Shown here piece by piece: positions 26,381 to 39,625 of a DNA stretch of 64,000 bases (within the stretch, counting starts at the first letter, position 1; each line of letters begins with the position of its first letter). The translations under genes were made by a program, and so were the position numbers. This DNA is from Chrysomallon squamiferum (lineage: Eukaryota; Animalia; Mollusca). Where the stretch lies: the NCBI GenBank assembly GCA_012295275.1, contig CM022678.1, positions 3,162,001 through 3,226,000 on the forward strand. The letters are read 5' to 3'. Below the pieces are notes generated by a model. That model was not told the DNA's origin, did not search any database, and saw nothing but the letters and a program-made list of their open reading frames with translations.

Positions 26381-27544
26381 TGGTAGCCATTATTACGCTG
26401 CTTATGATTGTGACGTATTTATCGACCAATGATTAAAAGTCTATCGGCTCGTAACTACGAAAGTGTTAACATTAACCAGTCATGTTTTTTTGTTACGCAT
26501 CGATTGATAAGCACAGATATGACCTACTTACTAATACGTCTGACATTCAATGAAACAAAAAATATGCTGTTACGTTTTACGCAGTCAATCATCAAATGGG
26601 GGTTGGGCTTGGAATTATGGGTTAAAGCGTTGACCTAATTATGGCTTTGTGCTGTTTTAGTATAATTACTTACGTCCAGTGTGCAAAAATGATGATGAAG
26701 AGATTTTTCATTTATTCTTATACTGTGATAAATTGTATAAAATATATTTCTCTTGTAAATAAAAATGTGTGTTTATGTTTTCAGAAGGTCTCGTTATTCA
26801 AGGTAATAGTTTAAAAAAAAACTTGTTAATGTTTGGTTGTTATTATAGATTACAAAGTTTCGAATTAAATGTTGTCAGTGTACAGAATATCAGTTTTTAA
26901 GAGGAGAATGATAACAGAAATAAAAGGAAATAAAAAATAAATTTAGTTAAACTTTTCAAAAATTATTTGAGACAACATTTTGTAACAAAATTCAACCAGT
27001 GTAAGTATAATAACAATTTTTTTTTTTTTTTTTTTTTATTTATTTTTTTTTTTGGAACATTTGTGTAAACATTTTTATTTTATTATTATTATTTTTTATT
27101 ATTATTATTTATTTACTTTTTTAATATACAAATCAATGTTTTTTTTTCCTTGTTCTTAAAAATAAAATAAAATAAAATAAAATTAATCATATTTCATTAT
27201 CCTCTTTGAAAATGAGAAAATGTATCAGTAACCGACAGACAACAACGTGAACAATGTTTTTAGTTTTGAATAAAAAGAATAATAATAATAAAAAAATAAT
27301 AATAAAAAATAAAATAAAATAAAATAAAATAAAATAAAATAAAATAAAATAAAATAAAATAAAATAAATAAATAGAATGCTGGCTTTAAAATTTATTGTA
27401 ATATGTGCTTTTCTCTCTACAATACATTGCTGTCTATGGAAAGGTACACATTAAACATCCTTTACTGCTAATCCAAAACAAACAGTTTATCACCTGACTG
27501 CAACATGGTTTTTCTCTCCTTTTCTGTCTTCCATTTTTATTTCT

Positions 27545-28030
27545 TAACAGAATATTTCTTTTCTGTATAATCCTAAACCATACATTCCTTGTCTGTATAT
27601 ATTTTTACTTGTATATTCCTTAACCATACATTCCTTATCTGTTTATATTTTTACATGTGTATTCCTTAAACATACATTCCTTATCTGTATATATTTTGAC
27701 TTGTATATTCCTTATAATCTATATTTTTAATCATACATTCCTTGTCTGTACATTACTTAACTGTATATTCCTTAACTTGACATTCCTTAATCATATACTC
27801 CTTATCTGTTTATTCTTTAACTATATATTCCTTGTATGTGTATTCCCTTACTAAATATTCCTTATACGTATACTCCTTAATCATACATTCCTTGTCTACA
27901 TTTCCTCAGCCATATATTCTTTATCTGAATACATGTTTACTTGTATATTCCTTAACCGCACATTCTTGTTTGTATATTCCTTAACTGCATGTTCCTTGTC
28001 TGTATATATTTTTATTTGTATATTTTTTAT
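27545..28030. repeat. Degenerate minisatellite built on TATTCCTT/CATACATTCCTT units
   Basis: Recurrent TATATTCCTTAACCATACATTCCTT(A/G)TCTG variants. Confidence 0.8.
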
Positions 28031-28364
28031 TTGTATTTTCTTTCGCCATCATCTCAGGGACAGGTTCTCGCCTCTAATTTTCTAACACACTAACACTGTC
28101 ATCCAGTGAAAACAAAACCCAGGAAAGACGTACTTGAGCATATGCAATACAGACGCACATTTCGTGTTCGACTGTCAACAAGTTTGACTTCGTAAACTGT
28201 GTTTTGTCATAAATAGATATACTGGATACATTTCACGTTGAACTGAAATATATGCTTTAATTTCTGAGTCGGTATTTTGTGATAAATAAATAACTGTTAT
28301 TATTTGTATGTATTTCTAATAAGTATTATTTATTTATTTATTTATATTTTACTATTTTTCAGTT

Positions 28365-28456
<92 letters not shown>

Positions 28457-28984
28457 CTATAATAAACTCGAGTATACATTTTTGAAATGCTCCCTTACAA
28501 ATGTTTTTGTATTTTCTATTTTGCTTTAAAAATAAAATGATTTCTGGAAATTCCTCTCGGTATCTTGTGGTTTAAAAATCACAAACATACATTGTGTAAT
28601 ATCTATATCTACTAAGAATTATATTAAAAGTTATATCCGTCTGCAATTTATAGTTTAAAAAAGTTTAATATTATAGGTTATTATTTATAACAAGTTTAAT
28701 TGTGACATTTTGCAGTTTTAAAAATAAAGATAAATTTTGGAAATTTTACAATTTTAAAAGGTTTAATTTTATAATTATATAATTTTAAAAAAATGTAATT
28801 TTTAAGTTCTATAATATTAAAAATAAAGAAAAAATATAATCAGGAAATAATTACGAGAGCGTAAAGTAAGAAAAAAGACCCCCCAAAACCCAACGCACGA
28901 AGAAATAAAAGAATGAAGAATCCAGACAGGTAGAGAAAAATAAAACTTAAAACAAAAGCTGCCATAACAAAAAAAAACGAGGAC

Positions 28985-29400
28985 GGAATGCTCCCCCCCC
29001 TCCCTCTACCAGGCGTGTTTCCGGGAACCGCCAGCACGAGCGCGCGAGCTTCGGTTGTTAGTCAGTTCTGATAGGTCAACACGGAACGGACCGAACTCGC
29101 TTCCTAGGTTATTAGGCTACGAAAGACAATACTACTACCAGCCTTCCGTTCCGGCGCACGCGATCGGAAAAGTTTTTCCTTCATCAGAAGCAAGCTTTGG
29201 CCACAGAACTGATTTACACAGCGGTGCCTTGCTTCGTTTTTCAACTCTTCCCAGACAGGTCTGTTCTGTTTCGTCGGCTGCTTTTTGTCGTTTTGGTAGA
29301 GGAGCGCGAGCGCGCGCGCGCGAGAGAGAGAGAGAGAAAGAGAGAGAATGAGAAAGAGGCGCCATTATGGTTCCCGAAATATGTAGCGCTGTGCACAGAT
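28985..29400 (+). promoter_or_regulatory. CpG-rich putative promoter/5' region of the SOGA/MTCL gene
   Basis: Abrupt GC/CpG enrichment (GCGCGCG tracts, C-run, GA repeat) 400-800 bp upstream of the ATG at 29800, in an otherwise very AT-rich context. Confidence 0.45.
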
Positions 29401-29662
29401 CTCCAACTCATCGCTGAGTGATTGAGTTGTACGATAAAAATATATGAGTGAGTGTGTGTGTGTGTATATATGTATATATATATATATAAATACACGTGGA
29501 TGTGTGTCGGGCAAGTAGGATAGCGGTATTTTTGTGCTTGTTCCGTATATGGATAACTGCAGAAGCGACATTTCTGGTGACGTAGTGCACAGTGCGAAGT
29601 GGGAGTTGAAGACGTGAAAACACACGGGTTTGTTTTTGTGTATTCTCGCCATCTTGTAAAAG

Positions 29663-29700
<38 letters not shown>

Positions 29701-29799
29701 AAAAGGAAATTGATATAAAAATATCTTGCAAGGTTATTCGAAGTGAGGAGTAAACGGGCTCGGTGGGAAGATTGTTTGTGCGAAAAATTCTCTCGGCTG

Positions 29800-32508
29800 A
29801 TGGAGGAACCGGAGTGTGCGACGTGTTCCGACTTCCAGCCGCAAGCATGGCGCAAGTCTCTGTGCAGGAACTGTTTTCACGTGCTCGAAGAGCACCTCAA
29901 CAACCCCCCAGCGGCGGTGGACGGGGTGAAGAAGCCCCCGGAACCGAAAACCAAAACTGAAAACAAAACTCAGGCGAAAGAGAAAGAGAAAGAGAAAACG
30001 ACTGCTCCGCAGGAACCGCCCAAAAGCAAAAATGTCGAATCGACGACGACGTCTACGTTCACGTCTACGTCTACGGCGACCTCTTCTGCAACGACAACAA
30101 CATCGACGACGACGACGAGTAAACTGGCAACGAAGCAGACGACTCAGACAAAAAGTAAGTCCGTGACTGCTACACTTTCGTCCAAGTTCGGTGGAACGAC
30201 GACGGTGGGCAAGCCGAAAGATCAAACGAAAATAGAGTTCGGCAGATCGTACGGCAAAGTTTCGAGTAGCACCTCGGCTTCTGGGAAGTCTCCGCTCGAT
30301 CAGAGCAAAAAAAGCGAGTCGAGAGACCAAACAGACTCGTGTAAGCAGACGATAGAGAGCAGGCAGAGTGCGGCGAAAACATTCAGTGCAGGTAAAAAAG
30401 TAAACGGAAGCGAATCCAAAGCGAAGCTCGCCGAAAAGAAAGATACACCAGCAGCAGCAGCAAGTGTTTTTTCCGTTTCGAAAACAAGTGTTTCCGACTA
30501 CAGCAAGAAGAAAATCGAGGCGAAGAAGGAAGAAGAAAACGAAAAGAAAACGCATTCCATTGACCAAGACGGCAGGAAGTCGACTGGCGGGGCGCGCGCG
30601 ACTGGTGACGTCAGCAAGGTGAAACATCTCCTCCGCTCGTTCAGCTCCGACGAAATCGCCACCGAGGCGGACGACGAGAAACCAGTCGCGTCCGGAACCA
30701 CCAGTAGAGCAGCCGACAGCGCCGCAACCCAATCCCCGTGTGACGTCACAGCGAAATATCAACCTGCGGAGTCGGCCGGAGTGTCAAGCAAGCCTGGCAA
30801 TAAGACCAAAGAACCGTCGACAGTTTTACCGGGCAAAGAACCAGGGAGGTCGTACCTGCCAACCCAGCCGCCGTCTCCCACGTCGAAATCCCCGAAACCC
30901 GTCGACAAACTTCACAATGGCAAACAGAGCGAGCCGTCGAAGGCCGCGGGTCCCGGTTTCGGTTCCAGTCTGCGACACGTCGACACGAAAGCCGAAAGCA
31001 GAAAGAAACTCGACGCCAAAGCGAGTCTAGAAGCGAAGTCGAAACTCGAGGACAGGAAGGCTGCCGTGAGAGACAAAGCAGACGCGAATCGGAAGTCGCG
31101 AGACGTCGTCGCTGATAGCGTGAACGACCGCGAAGCACCACCGGTGAGTGAAGGAGACGCGGTCAGAGGCAAGGACAGCGGGTTGTCTGATCTCAGAAAG
31201 CTAGAGGAACAGTGGCGTCGGGAAATTCAGGAACTTAAACTAAAGGTTAGTGAACTGTCCGCTCTGAAACTGAGAGAGAGCGACTTGTTAGCCAAAGAAG
31301 AAAGGTTAAAAGATCTCGAGAGAAAGGAGAGGAAGTTAGTCGTGAAGGAAATCGAGATCGTAGCGAGAGAGCAGAAAGTTAAAGAACTAAACAAGCGGGA
31401 ACAGGAATTGTTGATAAGTGAGAACGCGCTTCGGTCGAAAGAGGAGGAATTAAAGTCGAAAGAAAAAAAGCTGAGTGATTTAAAAACCAAAGAAAGTGAT
31501 TTAGAGATTAAAATTAAACAGTTAGGCGATTTGAAATCTAAAGAACAAGAGTTGCTTTCCAAAGACAAAGAAATAAAAGAACTGAAAGTGAAACAGGAAC
31601 AGCTGAAATCTAAAGAAAAAGAAATCAAAGACTTGAAAGCGAAAATTCAGGAAATACAAAGCAATGAGTTGCGTGACGTCAAGGGCAAAGAAAGTGTTTC
31701 AAAGAACAAAGACGTGGAGTTGAAACTGAAGGAAAATGAGCTGGCGACGCTGAAGAAGAAATTGTCGGAAATGGAAGAGAAAAGTAAAAAACTCGGCGAG
31801 GAAAACGCCGAGCTGAGGAAAAGCTGCCCACCAGCTGAAGAAAGAAGAAACGGAGAAGTCGCTGTCGCAGTTGCAGTCGCAGCTGAGCCAGCTGGAGGAG
31901 AGGTGCGTGAAGCTGGAGGGCGACAACACCACGCTCCTCGACAAGCTGAAGCAGCAGGAGACGGAGGTGCGCAAGGACCAGCACGGGCGAGAGGAACTGG
32001 GCGAGCTGGACTCCCACTTGGTGAAGTCGGAGAAGGAGTGCCGAGACCTGGAGAGCGAGAACTGCAAGCTGCGGACGAGATCCTGCAGCTGAGGGAGGAG
32101 ATGGACGAGATGTACGACACGTTCAGGGAGAACGAGGTGGAGGAGTTCAGAGACCTGCAGAAGGAGATGGAGTACACGGCCAAGAACTGCCGCATCCTGC
32201 AGTTCAAGCTGCGCAAAGCGGAGAGGCAGAACGAGCAGCTGGACAACGACAGGAAGCAGTACGAGGAGCGGCTGCGTCTGCTGCAGAACCAGTTCGAGTC
32301 CGAGGACGCCAGGACTCACATCGAGATGCTGGAGAAGGAGCTGGCGATCGCCAAGGAGGTGTCGGTGCGTCTGCACGACGAGCTGGACATGATGGAGGAC
32401 AAGAAGTCCAAGTGCGAGGACGAGAACAGACACTTGACGGATCTACTCGAGCAGACGGACAAGAAACAGTTTCGAATGGAAATGGAGATAGATCGATTGA
32501 AAGATCAG
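29800..32508 (+). CDS. SOGA/MTCL-family (microtubule cross-linking factor-like) coiled-coil protein, first coding exon (~903 codons; segment 31823-32074 is frameshifted in this sequence)
   Basis: ATG at 29800. SOGA/MTCL-type signature LREEMDEMYDTF...LQKEMEYTAKNCRILQFKLRKAER...LEKELAIAKEVSVRLHDEL. Donor CAG|GTGAGT at 32508/32509, phase 0. Confidence 0.85.
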
Positions 32509-32518
32509 GTGAGTTGAC

Positions 32519-32559
<41 letters not shown>

Positions 32560-33033
32560 GTTATGATTTGTTTTATTTTTTACCAGTTGAAATATTCTTA
32601 TATATATTATGACTTGTCATATTTCTGTATTACTAGCTGTCACACCTTTTTTATATATATATATATTTTTTATTATGAATTTTCATGTTGTTCTTGGTTG
32701 AGGAGATTCACTTTTATTTTCTGTACGAGTATACGAGTCTGAAATATCTGTATGTTTGTATATGTTTTTTTTGAGGTCAGTATAGAAATTCCTGTATAGC
32801 GTGTACTGTTAATGACAAGTTAATCAAGCACACATAGACATACACCCACCCACACGTGTAAATAATAAATAAAAACTATAAATGTTGACACATGCACACA
32901 TATATACTACATACATACATACACACACACATACATACATACATATATATACATATATATATATCTCATTGTGTGTATGTTTCTGTGTTTCTATGTATGT
33001 ACGTATGTATATGTATGTATGTATGTATGTATA

Positions 33034-33223
33034 CAGGGTGTCCACAAAGTCTTTATATGTATTATGTTTTTATTTATATATTTTTCTTACCAGATCGAAT
33101 GACAAACATCTAAAGAATTATATTGTTCATATTTTTATTATTTATTAACATTAGAATTAAATAAAACTATTTTATTTTAAAAGTATGTGTTAATCCCTTA
33201 TGTACGACTTTGTGGACACCCTG
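33034..33223. mobile_element. Tc1/mariner-type MITE, 190 bp, perfect 18-bp TIRs, TA target-site duplication
   Basis: TA|CAGGGTGTCCACAAAGTC (33034-33051) ... GACTTTGTGGACACCCTG|TA (33206-33223); AT-rich non-coding interior. Confidence 0.9.
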
Positions 33224-34517
33224 TATATATATATATATGTGTGTGTGTATGTAAGGTATCAGTGTTGTATGTTTATATGTATGTATATATATATATATAT
33301 ATACACAGATACACATAAACATACATTCACACGTGTATTATACACATATCCATACATCCATATGTCCATGCATACAATTTTAAAAGATTGAAACACAGAC
33401 GTGTTTATTTCTTCCCTTAATTCATTTAAAATAATAAAAAAATAAAAATAAAATAAAATTAAATTAAAATGAAACGAAATAAAAAAGAAATCATCTTTCT
33501 AAACCTGTTTTATACATACCACTCTATTAATAAACCAGTCTATTCTTATTAATGAAACACACGTACATTTCATACTCGTTTACCTCGCCAGCCAAACCAT
33601 AAGACTGGTTAATTACACGGCCACCGTTTTCTGGCAACAACAAGTATACGTTACAGTTTGCTACTTGTACAGACACTGTTGAACGGTATCTGTGGTGATA
33701 TGAAGACCCAGTCTAAATAAAGACTGAATGTTGTGTTTTACTTAAATAACATCGCTGTTATGTGTTAACCGATAACGTGTACACAAAGAAGAAACAAAAG
33801 AGCACAGTTTAAAAATATCTGGGCAGCGCCATTTTTCTTTAATCGTGACGTCATTGCGTACAAGGCGGATCGATTTTTTTCCCCTAAAGTTTCTTCTTGC
33901 TTAAGAAAAAAAAAAAAAAAAAGAGTTATCAGTCCATGCGATGACGTCACAACGCCAGACACGAAAGGGTAAAAATGGCGGAGTTCATCTGTTTTATAAT
34001 GTCATTATTTTATTTAATCAAAAATTGGCCAGGTCTCTCAAAAATAATAGAAAAAAATAATGCGGATGAATAAATATTTGTTTTCACATCACTTCGTATC
34101 ACTACTTTGACACTTTAACAATCTGATAGCGGTAAAAAATGATGGCGATGTAACTGGATTTATTCTGAAATCTGAAAAATTCCTTATCATGTCGTAAACG
34201 CAAGATGTTACAAAAACACGATATCCAGCCGGAAGAATCTAAATATACATTAAAGCATGGAAAGAGAGAGATTAAAAAAAAAACATATCTTCATCTGCCG
34301 TGTGCAGGTGCATGGAGGTCATCTGATGTATGCCGTGTGTGTGTGTGCGTGTGTGTGTGTGTAAGTGCGTGTGTGTGTATGTGTGAGGGTGTCTGCGTGT
34401 GTGTGTATGTGTGTGTGTGTGTGTGTGTGTTAGCTTCGTGTTTGTTATCAGAGGTTATTTCGCCTTTGAGATTTTCTCTATGTTTCCCTGGTACTAGAGA
34501 GGGTTTTATAAGTATGA

Positions 34518-34557
<40 letters not shown>

Positions 34558-34689
34558 GCTTCGTGTTTGTTATCAGAGGGGTGAACTATGGTTATTTCGT
34601 CTTTGAGAGATTTTCTCTTATGTTTCCATGGTACTGTATGTTTTATGTGTATGTATGTATGTATGTATGTATGTGTGTATGTATATATG

Positions 34690-34721
<32 letters not shown>

Positions 34722-34731
34722 TATATATATG

Positions 34732-34772
<41 letters not shown>

Positions 34773-34923
34773 AGCAGGTAATGTATGTGTGTGTTTATGT
34801 ATATAATATATGTATGTATGTATATTGGTATGTATCCAAGTACGTATGTATATAGCTATGTATGTGTGTATGTATATATAGAGTTTGTACGTATATATAT
34901 ATTTGTATCTATCTATCTATCTA

Positions 34924-34962
<39 letters not shown>

Positions 34963-35105
34963 ATATATATACATATACACAGACACGCACGCATGCACAC
35001 ACAAACATGTATGTATATATATATATATATAATTTCCCACAGAATGTATCAAAGGATGCACCTAAGATACTTAACTAGTGAATCAGCCAAGAATCTAATT
35101 GACTA

Positions 35106-35139
<34 letters not shown>

Positions 35140-35215
35140 TAAATAAATAAATAAATATCATTATATACATTTCGCATTGTTGCCTCGGATTTCTTTAATC
35201 TAACGTTATATTTTA

Positions 35216-35306
<91 letters not shown>

Positions 35307-35562
35307 AATACACACACACGCAGAACAAATCTGCTGTCAGTGGTTACAGCAGATCACAGACAGATAACAACATGGCGGCTGCAGCAGGTGACGACGGAAA
35401 GGTCAAACTCAGAGCAACATTTCACATTTTGACCTTTCTACGTGAACTTGTTCAGACGTTTTTGTGTGTGTAGCTTTATGTAAACAGTGAAAATGATGAA
35501 CTCGAAGTCTGTAATATCAAGCGTTTATTAAAAAGTATTATCTATCTACTGGTATGAATGTT

Positions 35563-35636
<74 letters not shown>

Positions 35637-37489
35637 TATGTTTGTATATTTGTACGTATGTCTGTGAGCATGCATATAATGTATTAAATATATAGTTTTG
35701 TATGACTGTTAGTATATATGTATGTATATGTGTGTGTGTGTATGTATGTATGTATGTATGTATGTATGTATGTATGTCTGTATGTATTTTCATTCATGTA
35801 TGTGTCCATACACTTTTCCATCCATCCATCCATCCATTTATCCCCTACCTACCACCCTATCTCTCTGTTGTCTGTCTATCTGTTTTTTTCTCTTTGTGTG
35901 TCTCTCTGTCTGACTATGTATGTAGAAACAATTTAATTTTTTTTTTTTTTTTAATGTGTGCACTGTAAATTAGAAATTCGATCTGGTGTCGTCTTAAGTT
36001 TAGTTTAATTTAAACTACGTGTCCCCCACCTATTCTTGCATAAACGGTGGTATTTACATACATGCATTAAAATCTTATAATTAATACCGAAACAGTAACT
36101 TCTAATTTACATTGCTTTACTTTGAATCGAATCTGGTTGGTGGATTCGATCCAGGAGCTTGTAGAAATTATTTACGACTGTTCACATTTGACTGGAGACT
36201 TCGCAGTAAACGTGTAATAACTGAATTACGTAAGCGTGTTTTGTGGGAAGGTGGGCTTGTCTAAAAGTCACAGCTGTTTCTTTTAACAAGATAAAATTTG
36301 CCTCATTCCTTTCTATTCAGGTAACAACAGCTAAAATTGCGCACACAGTTACAACATACCAAACTTATTGTGTTAGGAAACATTACACGCGTGACAGTAA
36401 CAAGGAACAGATGCCGTGCGTCACAGCTGCTTACGTCACAAACGTGCTGAATAAATTTAGACGCAGTTTTGTGTCTTATACACGAGAGACTACGGTAATA
36501 TGGTTTTTCGCGAAAGGTGAATAGGTCTGCGTATTATATAACACACACACATATTATAGTTTAGCGGATAACCGTTGAAAGATACAGTGATATATTTAAT
36601 GTTTGTATTTATTGCTGATTGTATTGTGGTGATGATAAGGTTAGAGAGTTAGAGAGGAAACCCAACTGTTAACAGACACGTGACCTTTTTTTCTCGATTA
36701 CCTGCTATAAATATTTTACAGATTTTTATTATTATTAATTTTTAATAAATAGGAAAAAATATACATATATACATACATACATACATACATACATACATAC
36801 ATACATACATACATACATACATACATACATACATACATACATACATACATACATACATACATACATACAAACATACATACATACATACATACACACAAAC
36901 ATACATACATACACACACATATATATATATATACATATATTCATACATACATACATACATACATACAGAGATACATACATACATGCATACATACATACAG
37001 ATACATACATATACACACACAAACACATCAACAACAAATTTACCTACACATTTATACATACATACATGCATACAGATACATATTTACACATACATACATC
37101 CATAAACACACACGCATAAACACACAATATATATACATAAACGTGGAAATAAATAAATCGAGATAGATAGATAGACAGACAGACAGACAGGTAGATAGAT
37201 AGATAAATTGATAGATAGATAGATAGATAGATAGAAATAGAAAAATAAAGTAGAAAGACATAAAGGGAAGGATGGGGTGAAAGATATTTATAAGTGTGAG
37301 ATACCAGACGGACAGACAGACAGATGTTTGATACAAAGAGAAAAAAAAAACAGAGAGAGAACGCAGATATCACAGATGAAAGACAGAAAACAGAAAACAG
37401 AAATTCCAAACAAAAAAAAAAAAAAAAACTGCAATCGCTTCCGAACATTTTTTTCTCTCGCGACATGTGCTACACCAATTCCGCAATCA

Positions 37490-37503
37490 GTTACCATGGA
37501 AAC
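37490..37503. promoter_or_regulatory. RFX X-box motif within the MTCL first intron
   Basis: GTTACCATGGAAAC matches GTTNCCATGGNAAC; TCTCGCGA (~37456) and CCAAT (~37475) lie nearby. Confidence 0.4.
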
Positions 37504-38289
37504 GCACCGTTCCTGACAGCGATACGGCAACTGGAACCTGCTGTTCTACAAGAAACATGGCTGCCTGTGTTTATATATACATCGTCCAGATAGCTGCTGA
37601 AACGAGGCTGAGCGCGTGCTTAGCTCGCGCTGGCTAAACGAAGTAATTAAAAAAAGAAGAATACAACGTTCATCTCTCTCTCGACTACGATAAAAATGCC
37701 AAAGTGGAATGTGAAAAAAAAAAAATGGCGATCTACCTGTGATTGCTTTAAGAACATTATCTTTATACGCAGGCCTTTGTAAGATGAAAACACAATTAGC
37801 GGGTTTCTTTTCTAGTGCAGACATTCTTTTCTAGTGTGGTATGCGGCCGCCGACCCCGTCGTTGTATCAGCTACGACGACGTTTACGGTTACGGGAACTG
37901 TGAGCCGTGAAACAAACAGGGGACGGTTCCATAGTTTCAGAAAGTGGGACACATATGATGTAACCATAGTTACCAGTGCTATACAACTGGTATATAACCA
38001 TTAATGCTATACTACCACTTCTACTACTACATTAATGTTGTGGCTACTACCACCACTACTACTACTACTGGTTTGCTAGTGCTACTGTTACTACAACTAC
38101 TAGGTGTACAAATACTACTACAAATACTATTACTAATACTATTACTATTAGTATACAATACTAATACTAATGATGCAGTACTGCTACTGATTATATATTA
38201 TTACTAGCTGTATACAATAATACTAGTAGTAGTATACAATATTACTAGTGATAATATAATATTACTGCTTGCACTGCTATAGCACCACT

Positions 38290-38745
38290 ACATTATTCAA
38301 TACTATTAGTATACAATACTATTATTATACAATACTATTAGTATACAGTACTATTATTATACAATACTATTAGTATGCAGTACTACTATTATACAGTACT
38401 ATTAGTATACAATACTATTTGTATACGATGATACCAGTATACAGTACTATTAGTATACAATACTACTAGTATGCAGTACTATAGTATACAGTACTATTAG
38501 TATACAATACTACTAGTGTACAGTACTATTAGTATACAATACTATTTGTATACGATGATACCAGTATACAGTACTATTAGTATACAGTACTACTAGTATG
38601 CAGTACTATAGTATACAGTACTATTAGTATACAATACTACTAGTGTACAGTACTACTAGTATACAGTACTATAAGTATACAATGCTTCTAGTAAGCAGTA
38701 CTATAGCATACAGTACTATTAGTATACAGTACTATCAGAATTAGT
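38290..38745. repeat. ~16-bp minisatellite (TACTATTAGTATACAG/A)
   Basis: Many tandem TACTA(T/C)TAGTATACA(A/G) units. Confidence 0.85.
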
Positions 38746-38994
38746 ATACCATACTGCTAGTAGTAGGTAATACTACTGGTAGAAGTAGTGCTACTAATAT
38801 ACATTACTACTACTACTATTTTCACTACTATTAATAGTACTATTACTACTACTAGTGCTACTACTATCACTGTCACTACTATCACTACTGCTATTACTAT
38901 TACCACTACCAATATCACTACTATTATAACTACTACTAATAATAATACCACTGTCACTACTACCACAAATACTGTAACTACTACTACAACTGCT

Positions 38995-39625
38995 ACGAGT
39001 ACTACTACTATTACCACAGTTACAATTACTATCACTACTACTGTTACTACTACTATTACCACGGTTACAATTACTATCACTACTACTGTTACTACTACTA
39101 TTACCAGTTACAATTACTATCACTATTACTGTTACTACTACTATTACCACGGTTACAATTACTATCACTACTACTAGTATCACATACAATTACTATCACT
39201 ACTACTGTTACTACTACTATTACCAGTTACAATTACTATCACTACTACTGTTACTACTACTATTACCACAGTTACAATTACTATCACTACTACAGTTACT
39301 ACTACTATTACCACAGTTACAATAACTATCACTACTACTGTTACTACTACTATTACCACAGTTGCAATTACTATCACTACTAGTTACTACTACTATTACC
39401 ACAGTTACAATTACTATCACTACTACTGTTACTACTACTATTATCAGTTACAATTACTATCACTACAACTGTTACTACTACTATTACCACAGTTACAATT
39501 ACTCTCACTACTACTGTTACTACTACTATTACCACAGTTACAATTACTATCACTACTACTGTTACTACTACTATGACCACAGTTACAATTACTATCACTA
39601 CTACTGTTACTATTACTATTACCAT
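38995..39625. repeat. ~45-bp minisatellite (TACTACTATTACCACAGTTACAATTACTATCACTACTACTGTTAC)
   Basis: About a dozen near-identical tandem units; the source of spurious Thr/Val/Tyr-rich ORFs. Confidence 0.9.

Noticed and set aside
26785-26802. Possible 18-nt plus-strand microexon (TTTCAG|...AAG|GTAATA)
   Set aside because: No partner exons or reading frame identified.
29734-32433. Long antisense ORFs (342, 199 and 244 aa) opposite the MTCL first exon
   Set aside because: Expected shadow ORFs of GC3-rich, Lys/Glu-rich coding sequence; no independent features.
36130-36160. B-box-like GGATTCGATCC (similar at ~48161) as a possible tRNA gene
   Set aside because: No cloverleaf, A-box or acceptor stem could be built; at most a SINE remnant.
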